From positions 84,570,001 to 84,634,000 of the forward strand of contig CM052816.1 of the NCBI GenBank assembly GCA_028534125.1: a stretch of 64,000 nucleotides of DNA, read 5' to 3'. Below the pieces are notes generated by a model. It saw nothing but the letters and a program-made list of their open reading frames with translations, was not told the origin of the DNA and searched no databases. This DNA comes from Lama glama (Eukaryota). Positions within the stretch are counted from its first letter, which is position 1. Each line of letters begins with the position of its first letter. Positions 1-13,700 of the stretch are shown here, in pieces. Made by a program: the position numbers and the translations under genes.

Positions 1-3000
1 GACTGGAGCTCCGCTGGGAGAAAATTCCCTAGAGGGAAACATAACTGTCAGTGGAAATTAGACTATTTCCATAAAATTAAAAATTGATGAAGTGGGCCAA
101 AAGAGAGAGGGCTGAGTGGGTGTGATATTTTTGTGAAAGAGTATAAGTAGTTAAATTTAGTGCCTCTGAGGACAAATGTTTTGAGTCATCACTAATGTCA
201 AAAGGAATGGGGTTAAATATCCATAAAACAACACCGACTAGTGAGTTAGATGTATTGGCTGTGTGGCTGCTAAAATGACCAGAGTCTGAGATAGGGACTA
301 AGATGGTATCATGGGCAGTCTTTTAAAACCCCAGGTGTACAGCGAAAGAGCAGTGGTAGTTCAGCTAATGTTAGAGAAAGTATAACCCACTATGGAAGTG
401 AGAGTTCAGAAATGTTTGAGGAAGGAAAATTTTGGTTTGGTCAGTGAACAAGGGATACAAGGCATGAGGCCTGGTGAGGACATGCTGTTCTGTCAAGTGT
501 GGTAGTCTCAGTGGAGCTCTGCTGGTGGTGGCCTCATGTTTTGGGGTTTTAAAATTTAGCACCCAGAAAGAGAACCCTGTGATGTTTAGATGTTTATTCT
601 GTATCTATGGCTCTAGTCTCAAGCAGAGAGAATAATAACCAACTTTTTGTTTTCCATCTGTTCAGACAATACTGGGGAGACTGTGCCCTTAAAAAGCAAT
701 GTTCTCTTAAAATAGGTTGACACTGCACCAGCTCATTCAAATTTATATATATATATGTATATAACAAGAACAACTATAAACTTTGTACTTTATAAAGGAA
801 TCAGTAATTAAACATTTACCTTGGGCACAATACTAAAGAAAAATGCTGACAGCCTTGGATGTGCCAGTCTTTCATTTATTGCTAATACTGAAATCACATA
901 ACAATATAATGAGGTTCTTGTTAGTGTTCGCTTTTTATGAATGAGGAAACAGAGATGATTACTCAAACTTCCAGTAATATGTTAGGGATCAGAATTTGAA
1001 CCAGAACAATCTGGCTCTTACTGACAGCCTCCTAGTGTTCTTAAGTTGCCTTTCAAAAAATTAGAGGAAATGAAAAGATGAAACAGACAGTATTCTTGCT
1101 TTCATGGAGTTCACAATTCAGTTTGGGCTGACAGTACACATTAAAATATAGAGTATGGTTTTTATTCTGATAAATATTGCATGAAGGCATAAAGTTTCTA
1201 CGTATATTTCAAAGCGACAGCAGAGTGTAATGGAAATATCTTAAAACTGAGACTCAGAGTACTGGCTAATCAACCAAGTAGCTCTGGGACCTTCGACAGG
1301 TTACTTACGTGTTCACATAGAAAGGAATATATAATTCATGCTTTGAAAAAGTATTGTAAAGACTGTAAAATAATGGGTGTAAAACCTTTATTTTAGTATC
1401 TGGAAACAATAAGCATTAAATGACAGTTCACATTAATGGCAATTAAAGACTACTATGAATTGTAATTTTTAAATAAACACATTTCTTATCATACCAGCAC
1501 ATATATTAACTGACAATAGTAGGAACATCATACAAATTTTTTTTGAAATGTTTCATTATTTCAGAATTTATCTAAGTGCCCTACCCCTCCTTCACTTCCA
1601 TTAATCTTATGTATAATTAAAATTTAATGAAATCTGTCTTCACTATTTGATTGTAAGTCTACTATTCTATAAATATCAACTGAATCACACTGCTTTACGT
1701 AAGGCAAACTTCATATAAAATTCAAATCACCCTTTGGAAGTCCTAAGACAATATATATAACTCTTAATGTCAAAAACTAATGATATAAATTGGTTTAAAT
1801 GGTGATTAACATTTGTGTCAATTTGTTAGCTCCAACTCTCAAGAAGGCGACTAACTTTTACTATATGGAGACATATCTTGCACATAAATGGACTATATCC
1901 ATATAAATTTGGCAGTATGCATTCAAAGCATTCCACATGCCTTGGATGGTGAGGGAAAGTCAAATGGAAATAGTCATAGTCAAACTTAGTTTATAAATTG
2001 GGAATGATCACATTCACAAGTAAATTAAAACTTTTATATTAACTTCACATTTTTTTCAAAATTATTAAAATAAGCCAAAGTATAGTATTAATTATGTCTT
2101 GGAGATTTCCTTGGTTTTATTGTTAAATCTTATGTAATGATTTCAAACAATGTAGAATGTGTCTTCTGAAAAATATTCATTTAAATCTATAATAATGAAT
2201 ATACCATTATTAAAGAAATGTATTTTCAGAAAGAAAATTGCTGATTTCCTCAACACACCAATGCAATCAAAATATTATCCTCCTATAAAGTAAAACTATA
2301 CAGTGTATTAGCCTCCATGTCTAATTAAAAAATAAAAAATTCATTTTCACATTTTTATGCATAAATAATGTTTTGTATAGTTAAGCCTTTACTGTATCTC
2401 ACAGTGTAGAACAGGAAGGAAACATTTGAAATAAAGATAATGATGTTGCTCTCAATGAGAAGTTTAGTATCTCATAGACTGAACTGAAATAGAATTCAGA
2501 GCAGAAGTGACATTAAGAAGAAATTGTTTCATGTACACTTTCTCTATTAGACGTAAATCCAATTTAGAGTTCTTTCCTAGTTGTTGATGCCTAAAGTAAT
2601 GTGCCCACTAGGTAGTTTGAAAATCAATCAAAGTTTCTACTGCCTTCGGGAAGATAATGGCCCGACCATGAATATTCAAGAGACACCAGAAGTCACTGTA
2701 GATGTCCTTAATTCTTTTTAGTTTTAAATGAGAAAAAATTTACTCATGCTTAGAGAAAAATTGGAAAATCTGCATGTAGTTAATATATAACATTTTAGAT
2801 TCTAAGCTACTTTTGCTTTAGGAGCTTATTACCGAACCAACTAATTGCTTGACAGGTAATATTCAGTAATAGAGAAAAATTTGACTAAAGGAGATAGATG
2901 TTGCTAAGATTACTTGACAAACAAATGTTTTTTTTTATTTCCAAGAGGTTTTGAATCACATTTACAAGTGCATCGAGTTTCTCATTTGCACATTTTTAAA

Positions 3001-5753
3001 AACATTTTGATAATAATATTTGGTGCTTTTTAAAAAAATAATATTTTACTTATCTTCAACCACTTAAACTACCATGTGACATCTTATTTTCATAGTCATT
3101 TTGTGGAGACTGCTACACATTACTAATGCATTGCTTTGCTCACCTAACCACAACAAATTAACACTCAAAGTGAAAAATTGTCTCCTTTATCTTTTATTGA
3201 ATTATAGGAAATACTATGAAATTATAATTATGAAAAATTATAAAATCAAAAATCATATTCCTTTATTTAAAATACATATTTTAAAATAGCATGTACTACT
3301 ATTTTAATACTGCATTATTTTCTCTTATATAGTGTTTTAAGCTTTCATTAATAACACTAGATACTGGTTAAATCAGAAGCACACCATGTTTTGGTATCTT
3401 TACATGTAGGGAACTAATCTGTAGAAATTCATGTTTTTCTTATAATAGAAACAATGCATGACAGCTGGGTCAAAATGCCAGGTAAAATTCAGTTTATTTT
3501 AGTAAATGAAAAGGCAGTTTATGTTTAGCTTTAGATATTTTGCCCTTACATTTCTATAGCTGTTACCCCTCTTCAGACAGCATTTGTGAAGGTAACAGGG
3601 ACAGGTTGGGTTGGAGAGGGCAGCTAAGAAGAAGAACGTGGATCTCATTTTCCTGAAGTTAAAGTATCAACTAAATTATTTTCACTTTCCTTTTAGTTCA
3701 AATTATTTTGTAAAATATTTTGAATTCCCCCTCAATGAGACTTGATTCAGGAATCCCACAGACACCGTGACTAAGTTCTTCCGTAACAGACAGTGAAAAA
3801 ACTTAACATTTCTCTCTTTCTCAATCTATTCAGCACAATTATGTGGATTAACATGTGGTCTAAAACATGTGGTTTATACTAAGGAGTGTATAATGGAGCA
3901 GCAGACCTAGAAGATGTACGTTCTGAACATAGCCAGCCAGGCAGTTCCAGGACTTTTGAGCTATTTGGGGCATGTTACTTAACCATCTTGTACTGTTTCT
4001 GTAAAACGGATGTAATCTTACTTGAACTTTCCTCAGAGAGGTGATGTGAGGATGAAACAATTTATGTTATTTAGAACAGTACCTGACTTATAAAAAAAAG
4101 CATTCGCTGTCTGTCAGTGAGTGATTATTATTTTCTTAATTAACTAGCTTGATGTAGAAAGTAAAGTACCTCTGTCAGGTCTCAACCTGACAGAGTAATA
4201 AGACAGTAAATAAGACAGTAAGTAAGAATTGTTTATGGTTTCAGAACTACTATCTTTAGTTGACTGTACCTATATTCACAGGAGGCTGACGTGAACTCAT
4301 CAGTTGGATTAAATGAGGAAACGAGTAAACTCATTCAAAAGGGAAAAAAAGAAGCTGAGATTTATTCGGTTTTTCAAAGTCATAAAAAATACTTTCCTCC
4401 ACTTATTGAAAGCTATGTAGACTCTTTGGAAAGACACCATAGGTCACCAAATTTGATTTTGTGGTTGTTGTTTCAAATAGGTAAAAATACAAGTAACTTA
4501 CAAGTTAATAGCACAGGCAGAAAAAAAGTCAATGTCAGAATATAACTTTCTCTGTAATTAAAACAGAATATTTCTTAAAAGTCTAAGATTAGAGACAAAA
4601 AGAGATAAAAAATAAAAGCATAATTTCTTAATATCCTTGTCTCAGATATATGTGTCTGTGTGTGCTTGAATTGACATGTTTCACCAACACTGCATATAAA
4701 AAAAAGGAGACAAACAATGAAATCAAAATAATTTCATCATAATGCTCATTCTGTCTTAATAAGAAAATTCCAGAAAGCACACTACTATATATTGAAACTC
4801 TCCTCCCTACAGAATTTGGGATTCCATTGCCTATACCATCCTGCTCAATATTTTCAATTTTTTCTTTGCAAAATGTTTCACTCTATTTCTCACCAAATAT
4901 GTACAAACATGTGTCCTGTTTAAAATATCCATGTGCCTGTGTGTGTGTTTAAAAATATATATTCACCAGACACTGGTGATCCGTAGTTACCATCCTACTT
5001 ATTTCTCTTTGTGCAAAACCAGATTCCCGAGGATGTGTGATCTCTAACTGCTGCCTCCACTTCTCACAGAGCCCATGAGTTTAATACCAGGAACCTATGG
5101 TCACCAATCAGCAACTCTGTCAAATCCAATCATACATGTCTTTTCTCCCTCAAGTGCTCAGAGCATTTGACTAATTATGGAGAATTCAGTGTTTAAAAGG
5201 CTTACTTTGGCACACAACAGCCTTTAACTTACTCTCTGTTTAACCTTAAGAATGTTACATAACCTTTCTTGAGATACATATTCCTCATCATTTAGAAAAA
5301 GTAATATGACATACAGATAGTCTAAGAAATGACACAACTTTTCCAGTTTCTCAGAAACATTAAATGTGTAACAAATGGAAACATAACTATTGTGGTTATT
5401 GTTCATGTTTTTATTGACCAAATCACCCACCTTTAAAATTTCTTTGCTTCTCTGATGCTATTTCTTTCTCTAACTCTTCTTTTTAATTTACAGTTTTCTC
5501 AGAACAACTTTTATGCCTATCACACTACAATTGTGCTAGACAGTTTCTGGTGACCTGGAGTCTAGAATTTTCCAAATTCAGTCTTCACTATTCATTCTGG
5601 AATCAGCTCTGTGGTCTGGGGCTCTGACCTTAACAGACAGCCTCAAGGGTTTCCCTGGAACAGAGGCTATTCATCGGGTTTAGTTAAATTGGGGTATTAA
5701 TTCCTCTGGTCCCCTGGTCCCCTCCCTGTCATATCACTACTTGTTTACTGTGA

Positions 5754-6253
5754 NNNNNNNNNNNNNNNNNNNNNNNNNNNNNNNNNNNNNNNNNNNNNNN
5801 NNNNNNNNNNNNNNNNNNNNNNNNNNNNNNNNNNNNNNNNNNNNNNNNNNNNNNNNNNNNNNNNNNNNNNNNNNNNNNNNNNNNNNNNNNNNNNNNNNNN
5901 NNNNNNNNNNNNNNNNNNNNNNNNNNNNNNNNNNNNNNNNNNNNNNNNNNNNNNNNNNNNNNNNNNNNNNNNNNNNNNNNNNNNNNNNNNNNNNNNNNNN
6001 NNNNNNNNNNNNNNNNNNNNNNNNNNNNNNNNNNNNNNNNNNNNNNNNNNNNNNNNNNNNNNNNNNNNNNNNNNNNNNNNNNNNNNNNNNNNNNNNNNNN
6101 NNNNNNNNNNNNNNNNNNNNNNNNNNNNNNNNNNNNNNNNNNNNNNNNNNNNNNNNNNNNNNNNNNNNNNNNNNNNNNNNNNNNNNNNNNNNNNNNNNNN
6201 NNNNNNNNNNNNNNNNNNNNNNNNNNNNNNNNNNNNNNNNNNNNNNNNNNNNN
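5754..6253. other. Assembly gap (500 N)
   Basis: Run of exactly 500 N, the same size as the second gap, so probably a placeholder of unknown true length. Confidence 0.99.
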
Positions 6254-8284
6254 AAAAAAAAAAAACACAATTAGAATAAATGAATTCAGTAAAGTTACAG
6301 GATACAATATTAACACACAAAAATCTGTTGCAAAATGTGTTGCATTTCTACACACTAATGACAAACCATCAGAAAGAGAAATGAAGAAAGCAATTCCACT
6401 TACAATTGCATCAAAAAGAAAAAAATACCTGGAATTAAATTTAACTAAGGAGATGGAAGACCTATACTTTAAAAATTGTAAGACATTGATAACACAAAAA
6501 TAGCACAAATAAATGGAAAGATATATCATGCTCATGAATTGCAACAATTAATATTGTTAAAATGTCCATACTATCCAAGTGAATCTGCAGTTTCAATATA
6601 ATCCTTATCAAAATACCAATAGCATTTTTCACAGAACTATAACAAATAATACTAAAATTTATATGGAACCACAAAAGACCTGGAAAAGACACAACAATCT
6701 TAAGAGAAAAAACAAAACTGGAGGCATCAATCTCCCTTATTTCAAACTATATATAAAGGTATAGTAATCTAAACAGTGTGGTAATGGTACAAAAACAGAC
6801 ATCAATGGAACAGAATAGAGAGCCCAGAAATAAACTCATACACATATGGTCAATTAATCTATGACAAGGCAGGCAGGAACATACAATGAGAAAAAGACAG
6901 TCTCTTCAATAAACATGTTGGGAAAAGTGGACAGCTACATACAAAAGAGTGAATCTGTACTGCTTTCTTACACCATATACAAAACTAACTCAAAATGGAT
7001 TAAAGATTTGAATGTAAAACTTGGAACGAGAAAACTCCTAGAAGAAAGCATGGGCAGTACACTCTTCAACACTGGTCTTAGCAATATTTTTTGGATCTAT
7101 CTCCTCAGGCAAGGGCAACAGAAGCAAAAAAAAACAAGTAAGACTATATCAAAAAAGGTTTTGCACAGCAAAGAAAACCAGCAAAAAACAAAAAGGCAAA
7201 CGGCTGATGGGAGAAGATATTGGCAAACAACATGTCCAATAAGGGGTTAATATCCACAATATACATATATAAAGAACTCACACAACTTAATACCAAAAAA
7301 CAAACAAAAAAAAATTTAAAAATGAGCAGAGGAACTGGAACAGACAATTCTCCAAAGAAGACATACAAACAGCCAACAGGCACATGAAAAAATGTTCAAC
7401 ATCACTAATCATCAGAGAAATGAAAATCAAAACTACAATGAGGTATCACCTCACATCTGTCAGAAAGGCTATTATCAAAAAGGCAACAAATAGCAAGTGT
7501 TGGTGAGGATGTGGAGAAAAGGGAATCCTCATATACTGCTGGTGGGATGGTAAACTGTTACAGCCACTATGGAAAACAGTATGGAGGTTACTCAAAAACG
7601 TGAAAATAGAACTACCATGAGATCCAGCAATTCTTCTTCTGAGTATTTACCCGAAGAAAATGAAAACACTAACTGAAAAAGATATATACACCCCATGCTC
7701 ATTTCAGCATTATTTACAATAGCCAAGACATGAAAGCATCTGTGCCCACTTACAGATGACTGGATAAAGAAGATGTGAGTTAGATAACAGAGAGATAGGT
7801 AGATAACAAAACATTGCTCAGCCATTAAAAAAGAATTAAATCTTGCCATTTGTGGCAACAGGGATGAACCTAGAGGGTATTATGCTAGTGAAATAAGTCA
7901 GACAGAGAAAGACAAATACCATATGTTTTCACTTGTATGTGGAATCTAAAAAACATACAAACAAACAAAACAAAATGGAATCAGATTCAAAGATACAGAG
8001 AACAAACTGGTAGTCGCAAGAGAGGAAAGGGGTTGTGGAGATGAGAAAAATAGGTGAAGGGGACTAAGAGGCACAAACTTCTAGTTATAAAATAAGTCAG
8101 TCATGGAAATGTAATATACAGAATAGGCAATATGGTCAATAATATTGTAACAACTCCAAGTGGTAACAGATAATAACTGTATGTGTGGTAATCATCTCAT
8201 AATGTATATGAATGTCAAACTACTATGCTATACAACTGAAATTAATATAGCATTGTATATGAATTATACTTGAATTAAAAAAAA
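6254..8284 (+). mobile_element. LINE-1 3' part (degenerate ORF2 C-terminus, 3'UTR, A tail)
   Basis: ORF2-like fragments (NKTGGINLPYFKLY; YTIYKTNSKWIKDLNVK), typical L1 motifs such as 'cagccactatggaaaacagtatggagg', and an A-rich end at 8277-8284. Many stops and frameshifts; the 5' part runs into the gap. Confidence 0.95.
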
Positions 8285-8289
8285 TTCTG

Positions 8290-9623
8290 TAAGACTAAAG
8301 GCAAAAACATAGTACATAAGCACTGTATTTTTGTTGATGAAGTTATTTCTTATGAGGGCACAGATCTAGCATTGCTTACTTGCATAGTGAAATTGAACAG
8401 TTAAATAGATGGGAGCCAGATGTCTCACTGCTGGCATGCAAATTCACAGATAGTAAGAGGAGGAGTCTTAAAAGGTCCCTGTAATGGAACATAACTGAGA
8501 CATCAGTTTGTACACATGTTCAGCTTAGTTAGACACAAATGTAGAAATATTTTTATATCTATGTTAATAAAAGGCTAATATACACACGTATTTCCTTCCT
8601 TTGTCAGCTTATAAGTTGAAAAGCTGGAACATCCCAGTAGCAAGGAGCACACCTAGCACCAAGATCTTGGTTTCTAAGACTATTCTCCAATAAAAGGAAC
8701 CTTTGAAGAAATGGCTGATTTTAAGGCTGAGGCAGGACATATACATGATGAGCCTAGAGTACCTGGCACAGGTATTGCTTATTGTGTTAAAAAGCAACAA
8801 AGTGCTAAAAAAGCAGATAAAACAAAAACAAATGGATGGAAATATGTCCAAGGGGTGCAGCAGGAACCAACTAAAAGAGTGCCCAAAGGCCAAAGCTAGA
8901 AAATTTGAGTAGAAATATTAATAAAGTAGTATTGAATTATAACACAAAGATTAAAATAAATATATATTGGTTCGTATTGATGTAATTAAACAATTGGATA
9001 AGTAAATATATGTGGAGAACAGACAAATCTCTCATGCAGAAGAATTAGAAATAATTTATGCAGATATTCTGTCCTCAAGGAGAGAGAATTTAAACCCCCT
9101 GTCCTTTAAGGTGAGCTGCACCAAGTTACCTCTTTCCAAAGAAAACGGAAAAGAGGGCAAAAAGTAACTTTATGGTGGAGAAAGCTGACAAACAGGACCT
9201 CAGCCAGGTGACTAAGGTCAGTATAAACAGTGATAGGTCATTTTGATAGTAAATACTCTTGACATGAGATGATGAAATGGAATTTTACCTCAGTGGTCTT
9301 CAATCTTACTAAAGAGAGCCTAAAGAAAGCCTAAGACTGCCCTAAAGAAAACATGCAAATAAATGTAATGCTGTGTCCTGTGCAGATCACAGAACAAAAA
9401 AAAAAAAACCTTAGATAATCTGAATAAAGTATGGACTCTGGCTAATAACAATGCATCAGTATCAGGCCATTGTTTATAATGAGTACTATCTTAACATAAA
9501 GTGTTAATAGGGAAAACTGGGTGCAAAGCATTTGAAGTATATGGGAACCCTCTGTGCTAAATTCTCAATTTTTCTGTAAATCTAAAACTGTTCTAAAAAT
9601 AAGTGTACTTTAAAAAAAGAAAA
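8290..9623 (+). mobile_element. Ancient L1 (L1MC/L1MD-like) 3' region
   Basis: Recalled motifs 'ggagaaagctgacaaacaggacctcagccaggtgactaaggtca' and terminal 'aaatctaaaactgttctaaaaataag' followed by an A run. Confidence 0.7.
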
Positions 9624-9664
9624 CTGTGTGTCTAATGCTCTCAATCTCATTAGTTAATAGAATG

Positions 9665-9852
9665 CAGAGATCTTTGAAGGCCATGAAACCACAAGACAGG
9701 AGGAACCTTTGTCTCTGAATCCAGGCAGACATCCTGCAGGAATGCTGCCTGCAGACCTGTAATGACACACTGCATTATTAAACCAGCATGAAATAAAGGC
9801 CTAGTGTGTTACACAATGAAAATTTGGGGGTTTGTGTGTTCCAGCAGCTAGA
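9665..9852 (+). mobile_element. MaLR (MLT1-like) LTR fragment
   Basis: Ends in 'aaaatttgggggtttgtgtgttccagcagctag', resembling MLT1 3' ends. Confidence 0.5.
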
Positions 9853-11764
9853 ATCCCCCTATAAGATACCATCTTATTATGTCCACTTTAACATGTCTGG
9901 CGTCCTGTATGAATGCTTTAGATTGCAGATCCTAAAAGGTAAGAAGATATCCAACAACTGGGTAAATGTAGCTAGATGTAGAAGATAAAAGTTTAAATCT
10001 GCTATTTATTTCATCTTCAAACAATAAGACTGAGCCAGTTTTGTAAGTTCAACATTGTGTTAGTCACTAGGGACAGAGTGATGAGCAGAGAAAGTATCTG
10101 CTCTTTGCATTGGAAAAGCAAAGTCATTAGGAAAGGAGAAGAATGTGAAGGAGGAGGGAGAGGAAAAGAGGGAAAGGAGGAAACAAGTGGGATGCTAGAA
10201 AAGAGAACAAGGGCCCTGGGGGGATCTTATCATGGGAAATTGTTGAGAAAGAGAAAGTATGAAAGTAAAACTTAAAAATTTTTCAAGATATTTCTTCCTC
10301 AAATTTCCTGTGTCTTTTTCAAAATGCAAAAGAAATGATGTCCTAAAGTGGAAGAACTTCTAAACAATATCAAGGAATGTTTAGATACTTAAATGTTAGG
10401 ATTTTCAGCACATGTTGGGAGATCTATAACTTTCAGAAAGAAGATAAATGTTAAATAAGTAAGATAAATGGGAAAAAAATGATATGAGAAAAAAATAATT
10501 TACATACGTGGGTCTCTCATAACAGAGGTTTAAAATATCTGCATTTCAATAGTCAAATAGTGAAATGCTTACTATAAAGAATATGACCTCTTTTCCAAAT
10601 CATTTTAAATAGGCACCTTTTAGGGAAAGAAATAGAAATCATTCTTACACAGGTTTTGGTTTTTTTTCCCTGTTAAAAGAGAAATAATTATTTCTTCTAA
10701 TCAGAGCCATATTTCTTATCAGATGAACATATAAAACAACTTGCCCATTATATTTAATTAGTTGGTAAAAGTTAGTTTGAGGAAGTGACTTACCAACTTA
10801 CTTAGAAAATCAGACTGTGACCCAGAAAAAAGTTGAAAATTTACACGGTAGCATACATTTATATATGAAGACAACTTCTGAGATATGAGGATGATTAGTC
10901 AATGTGAGGAAAATTAACTTTAACCTCCTCCCTGCATGAGCTTTTGTTTTTTTATGACATGCTTCACTACATAGGAAATGTTACATGTTTATGAAGACAA
11001 TTTTTTATACATTCTTCATTTTACTTAATCTCTTAAGAGATACTTTAAAAATGGGAACTCTTAAATGAAACTGTTCATGGAATTGTTAAAATGAAACATG
11101 AAAATACTACTTAAGTTTAGGTTTCTTAGGAACTTGTTCTAAGAAAGAAAATAACTCAGTGATCTGTTTTTTTCCCCTTAAACCTCTTTTATGAGGCCTA
11201 ACACAGTGTATCTGAATAAGTTCAGGTAAATTTTCAAGAAAAAGAAAAGAATGACCTTACACAATCAAGAAAATGAATAATTTTAAAAATTTATAAGCTA
11301 AAATATGACAGTAATTTTCTCAAGCAGTCAGGCACATTGCCCTTTTATATTACCGGGCCCAATGAATTATGAATGTTGGCTGAATAAAAAGCCTGAGGGT
11401 GACAACGGAGCCGTGTTTTGTCATCTGCACTTACAGAATGTCTACTGCCCGAGCTGGGTTCCCAAACCTTTCTATTCATTGGCTGCTAAGGACTGGCTGC
11501 TAAAGAAATACAGGAGGAAAACTTTGGGGGTGGAGAGGATAGAATACTAATTGCTACCCATGATAACGAGTCTAAAGCATATAGACACTTTAGTCTTTTG
11601 ATGTATGTGAGCAGCCAAGCTCAGCAAACTCCCACTGTCCTAACCTACCCGAACACACTGAAGCAAAAATCAAAATGAAAAGGCAGTTTTCAAGTGCATA
11701 CATCTCAGCTGCAGGAATTATGAGTGGGAAGAACAGGTGTTCTGAGAGATTCTACGGTGCTTCC

Positions 11765-11778
11765 GTTGCTAAGGAGAC
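11765..11778. promoter_or_regulatory. RFX X-box-like motif GTTGCTAAGGAGAC
   Basis: Good fit to the imperfect-palindromic X-box (GTTGCC-AT-GGCAAC class) inside apparently non-repetitive sequence. Function not shown. Confidence 0.4.
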
Positions 11779-13524
11779 CACTTTCATCAGTTCAGAAAGG
11801 CTAATAACCTGGACTTTCGCTGCCGAATTGGTATCAACAGAGGCTGGAACTGATATAAACACACATACACAAATAAAAAGGACATGGGTACTTTCAAAGG
11901 TAATTTAGTAATAAGGTTGTGTTGAGATACCTGGCAAAATATTTGTATATTAAACAATACTTGCATAATTGTTAAATAATTTGAGGCAGATTAATCTGAG
12001 CACATAATTATAAAATTAAAGTATAAAAATAGAGTTGATTTATGCCATGATCTCATTAGAAACAATGTTAATGCAGCCAATGATATGTATGTTTTAGGAA
12101 TTACATTAAAAAGCTGAAGTTATATTTTAACATGTTGCTAATTATACAAAACAGAGAGAAGTGAGTACTAGATAATTTCATTAGACATTAATAAATACTA
12201 ATTAATTATTTCCTGGGCAAGTTGTGTATGTAACAGAGAAGCATTTATGCATAATGTGATATAAGTGGCATTTTAAGGGGCAAAACATGATTAACATTGC
12301 ATTGCCCGACCCAAATATTTTTAATACAAATAATTGGTTTACAAAAGCATTACACCTATCTTTGTTGAGCTGTTAAACTATTTATTGAATGATGTAGTGT
12401 CATCCATTCTTTACAGTATCAAGTAACAAAGTATGAGAAATGAGAAAAAAAGGAAATAGCAAACAAGTATGAAAGAAAAATCTCTCCTCCATCCCAGTTT
12501 TGATTAGTGCAAGATTAGAAATATTGAACTTACATCTAATATATAAGATCTTTCCATACTTCATATTACTGAAAAATAATTAAAATCATGATTCATACAC
12601 TAATGTTTAGCGACCACTGCATCTTTCAACTAGATTACTTACGTGATTATTCTTAAAAAGGTTCAAAATGATGAAAAGTAACATTGTAAGTTTATGTTTA
12701 AAATATCAAGAAATACTATTAAACCCTAATATTTCAAGTCTAATAGCGAAGTATAATATATTCTAGTAAATTTTGCTTGTTCCATTATGTAAAAATAAAA
12801 AGTGGAGGTAGAAAGAGACATTGCATTTTTCACTTCGTGCCATTTTCATCATAAAATCATTTATGTTAGAAATAGTTATATAATTTTGGCAGAATTTGAC
12901 AAAAATGGCACATCTGCAGATAATGGTACAATTTGATATTTATAAAGTATCAAGTTTTCTATAAATATATGTTTCGTTTCCATGGAAATTGAGTAATCAC
13001 TACAGATGATATGTATTTATCTTCTTTTACTGAAATCAAAAAATTATTTATAGGGCTGTTTTAAAAGTCTGTGACAATTAACTCTTTAACCATTTTACAA
13101 AATTAATATACTTTTGACTGTTTATAAAGTCAACAGATATACTTTAAAACCAAACCTGCAAAAAATAATTCCAGATTTAACTTAAATGCTCAAGTGAACA
13201 TTACTTAAGCTCTGGGGTTTTTTCTTTTTTCTTTTCTTTTCCTTTAATTTTTGTTTACTAGTTGGTAAAATGAAAGTATTAATGTAAGCTATTTCACAAA
13301 GTTGTTATATAAGTGAGCTAATGCAGGAACAGTGTTTAGAAAATGTGCCCTGCATGTGTTTAAGTGATACATAAATGTTCCAAGTTCTGCAAAAGAAAGG
13401 ACTTCTGAGAATAACTGGGATACAGTAGGCACTTAATCAAAATTTGTTAATTAACTAAATTTGGAGTTTATCAATTATAGCTTTTTATTGGATTTTAGAA
13501 TAGTAAATGTGAAATAGGACCCCA

Positions 13525-13700
13525 CTGAAATTTTTCATAGGGATGGCATCAATCAATGGCTCTGGGTAACATGGGCATTTTAACAGATCTTTTAACAATT
13601 TTTCCAATCCATGAACACAGAATGTATTTCCATTTGTTTGTGTTTTCTTCCATTTCTTTCACCAAAGTCTTGTAGTTTTCAGTACAGATCTTCTACTTCT
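13525..13700 (-). mobile_element. LINE-1 ORF2 fragment, minus strand
   Basis: Reverse complement reads 'agaagtagaagatctgtactgaaaactacaagactttggtgaaagaaatggaagaaaacacaaacaaatggaaatacattctgtgttcatggattggaaaaattgttaaa', the ORF2 segment just after the RT core. Confidence 0.85.

Noticed and set aside
5729..6547. Long ORFs spanning the first gap (and likewise 50139-50831)
   Set aside because: They stay open only because N codons contain no stops.
6579..7250. L1 ORF2-like ORFs as an active element
   Set aside because: Fragmented by stops and frameshifts; not competent for retrotransposition.
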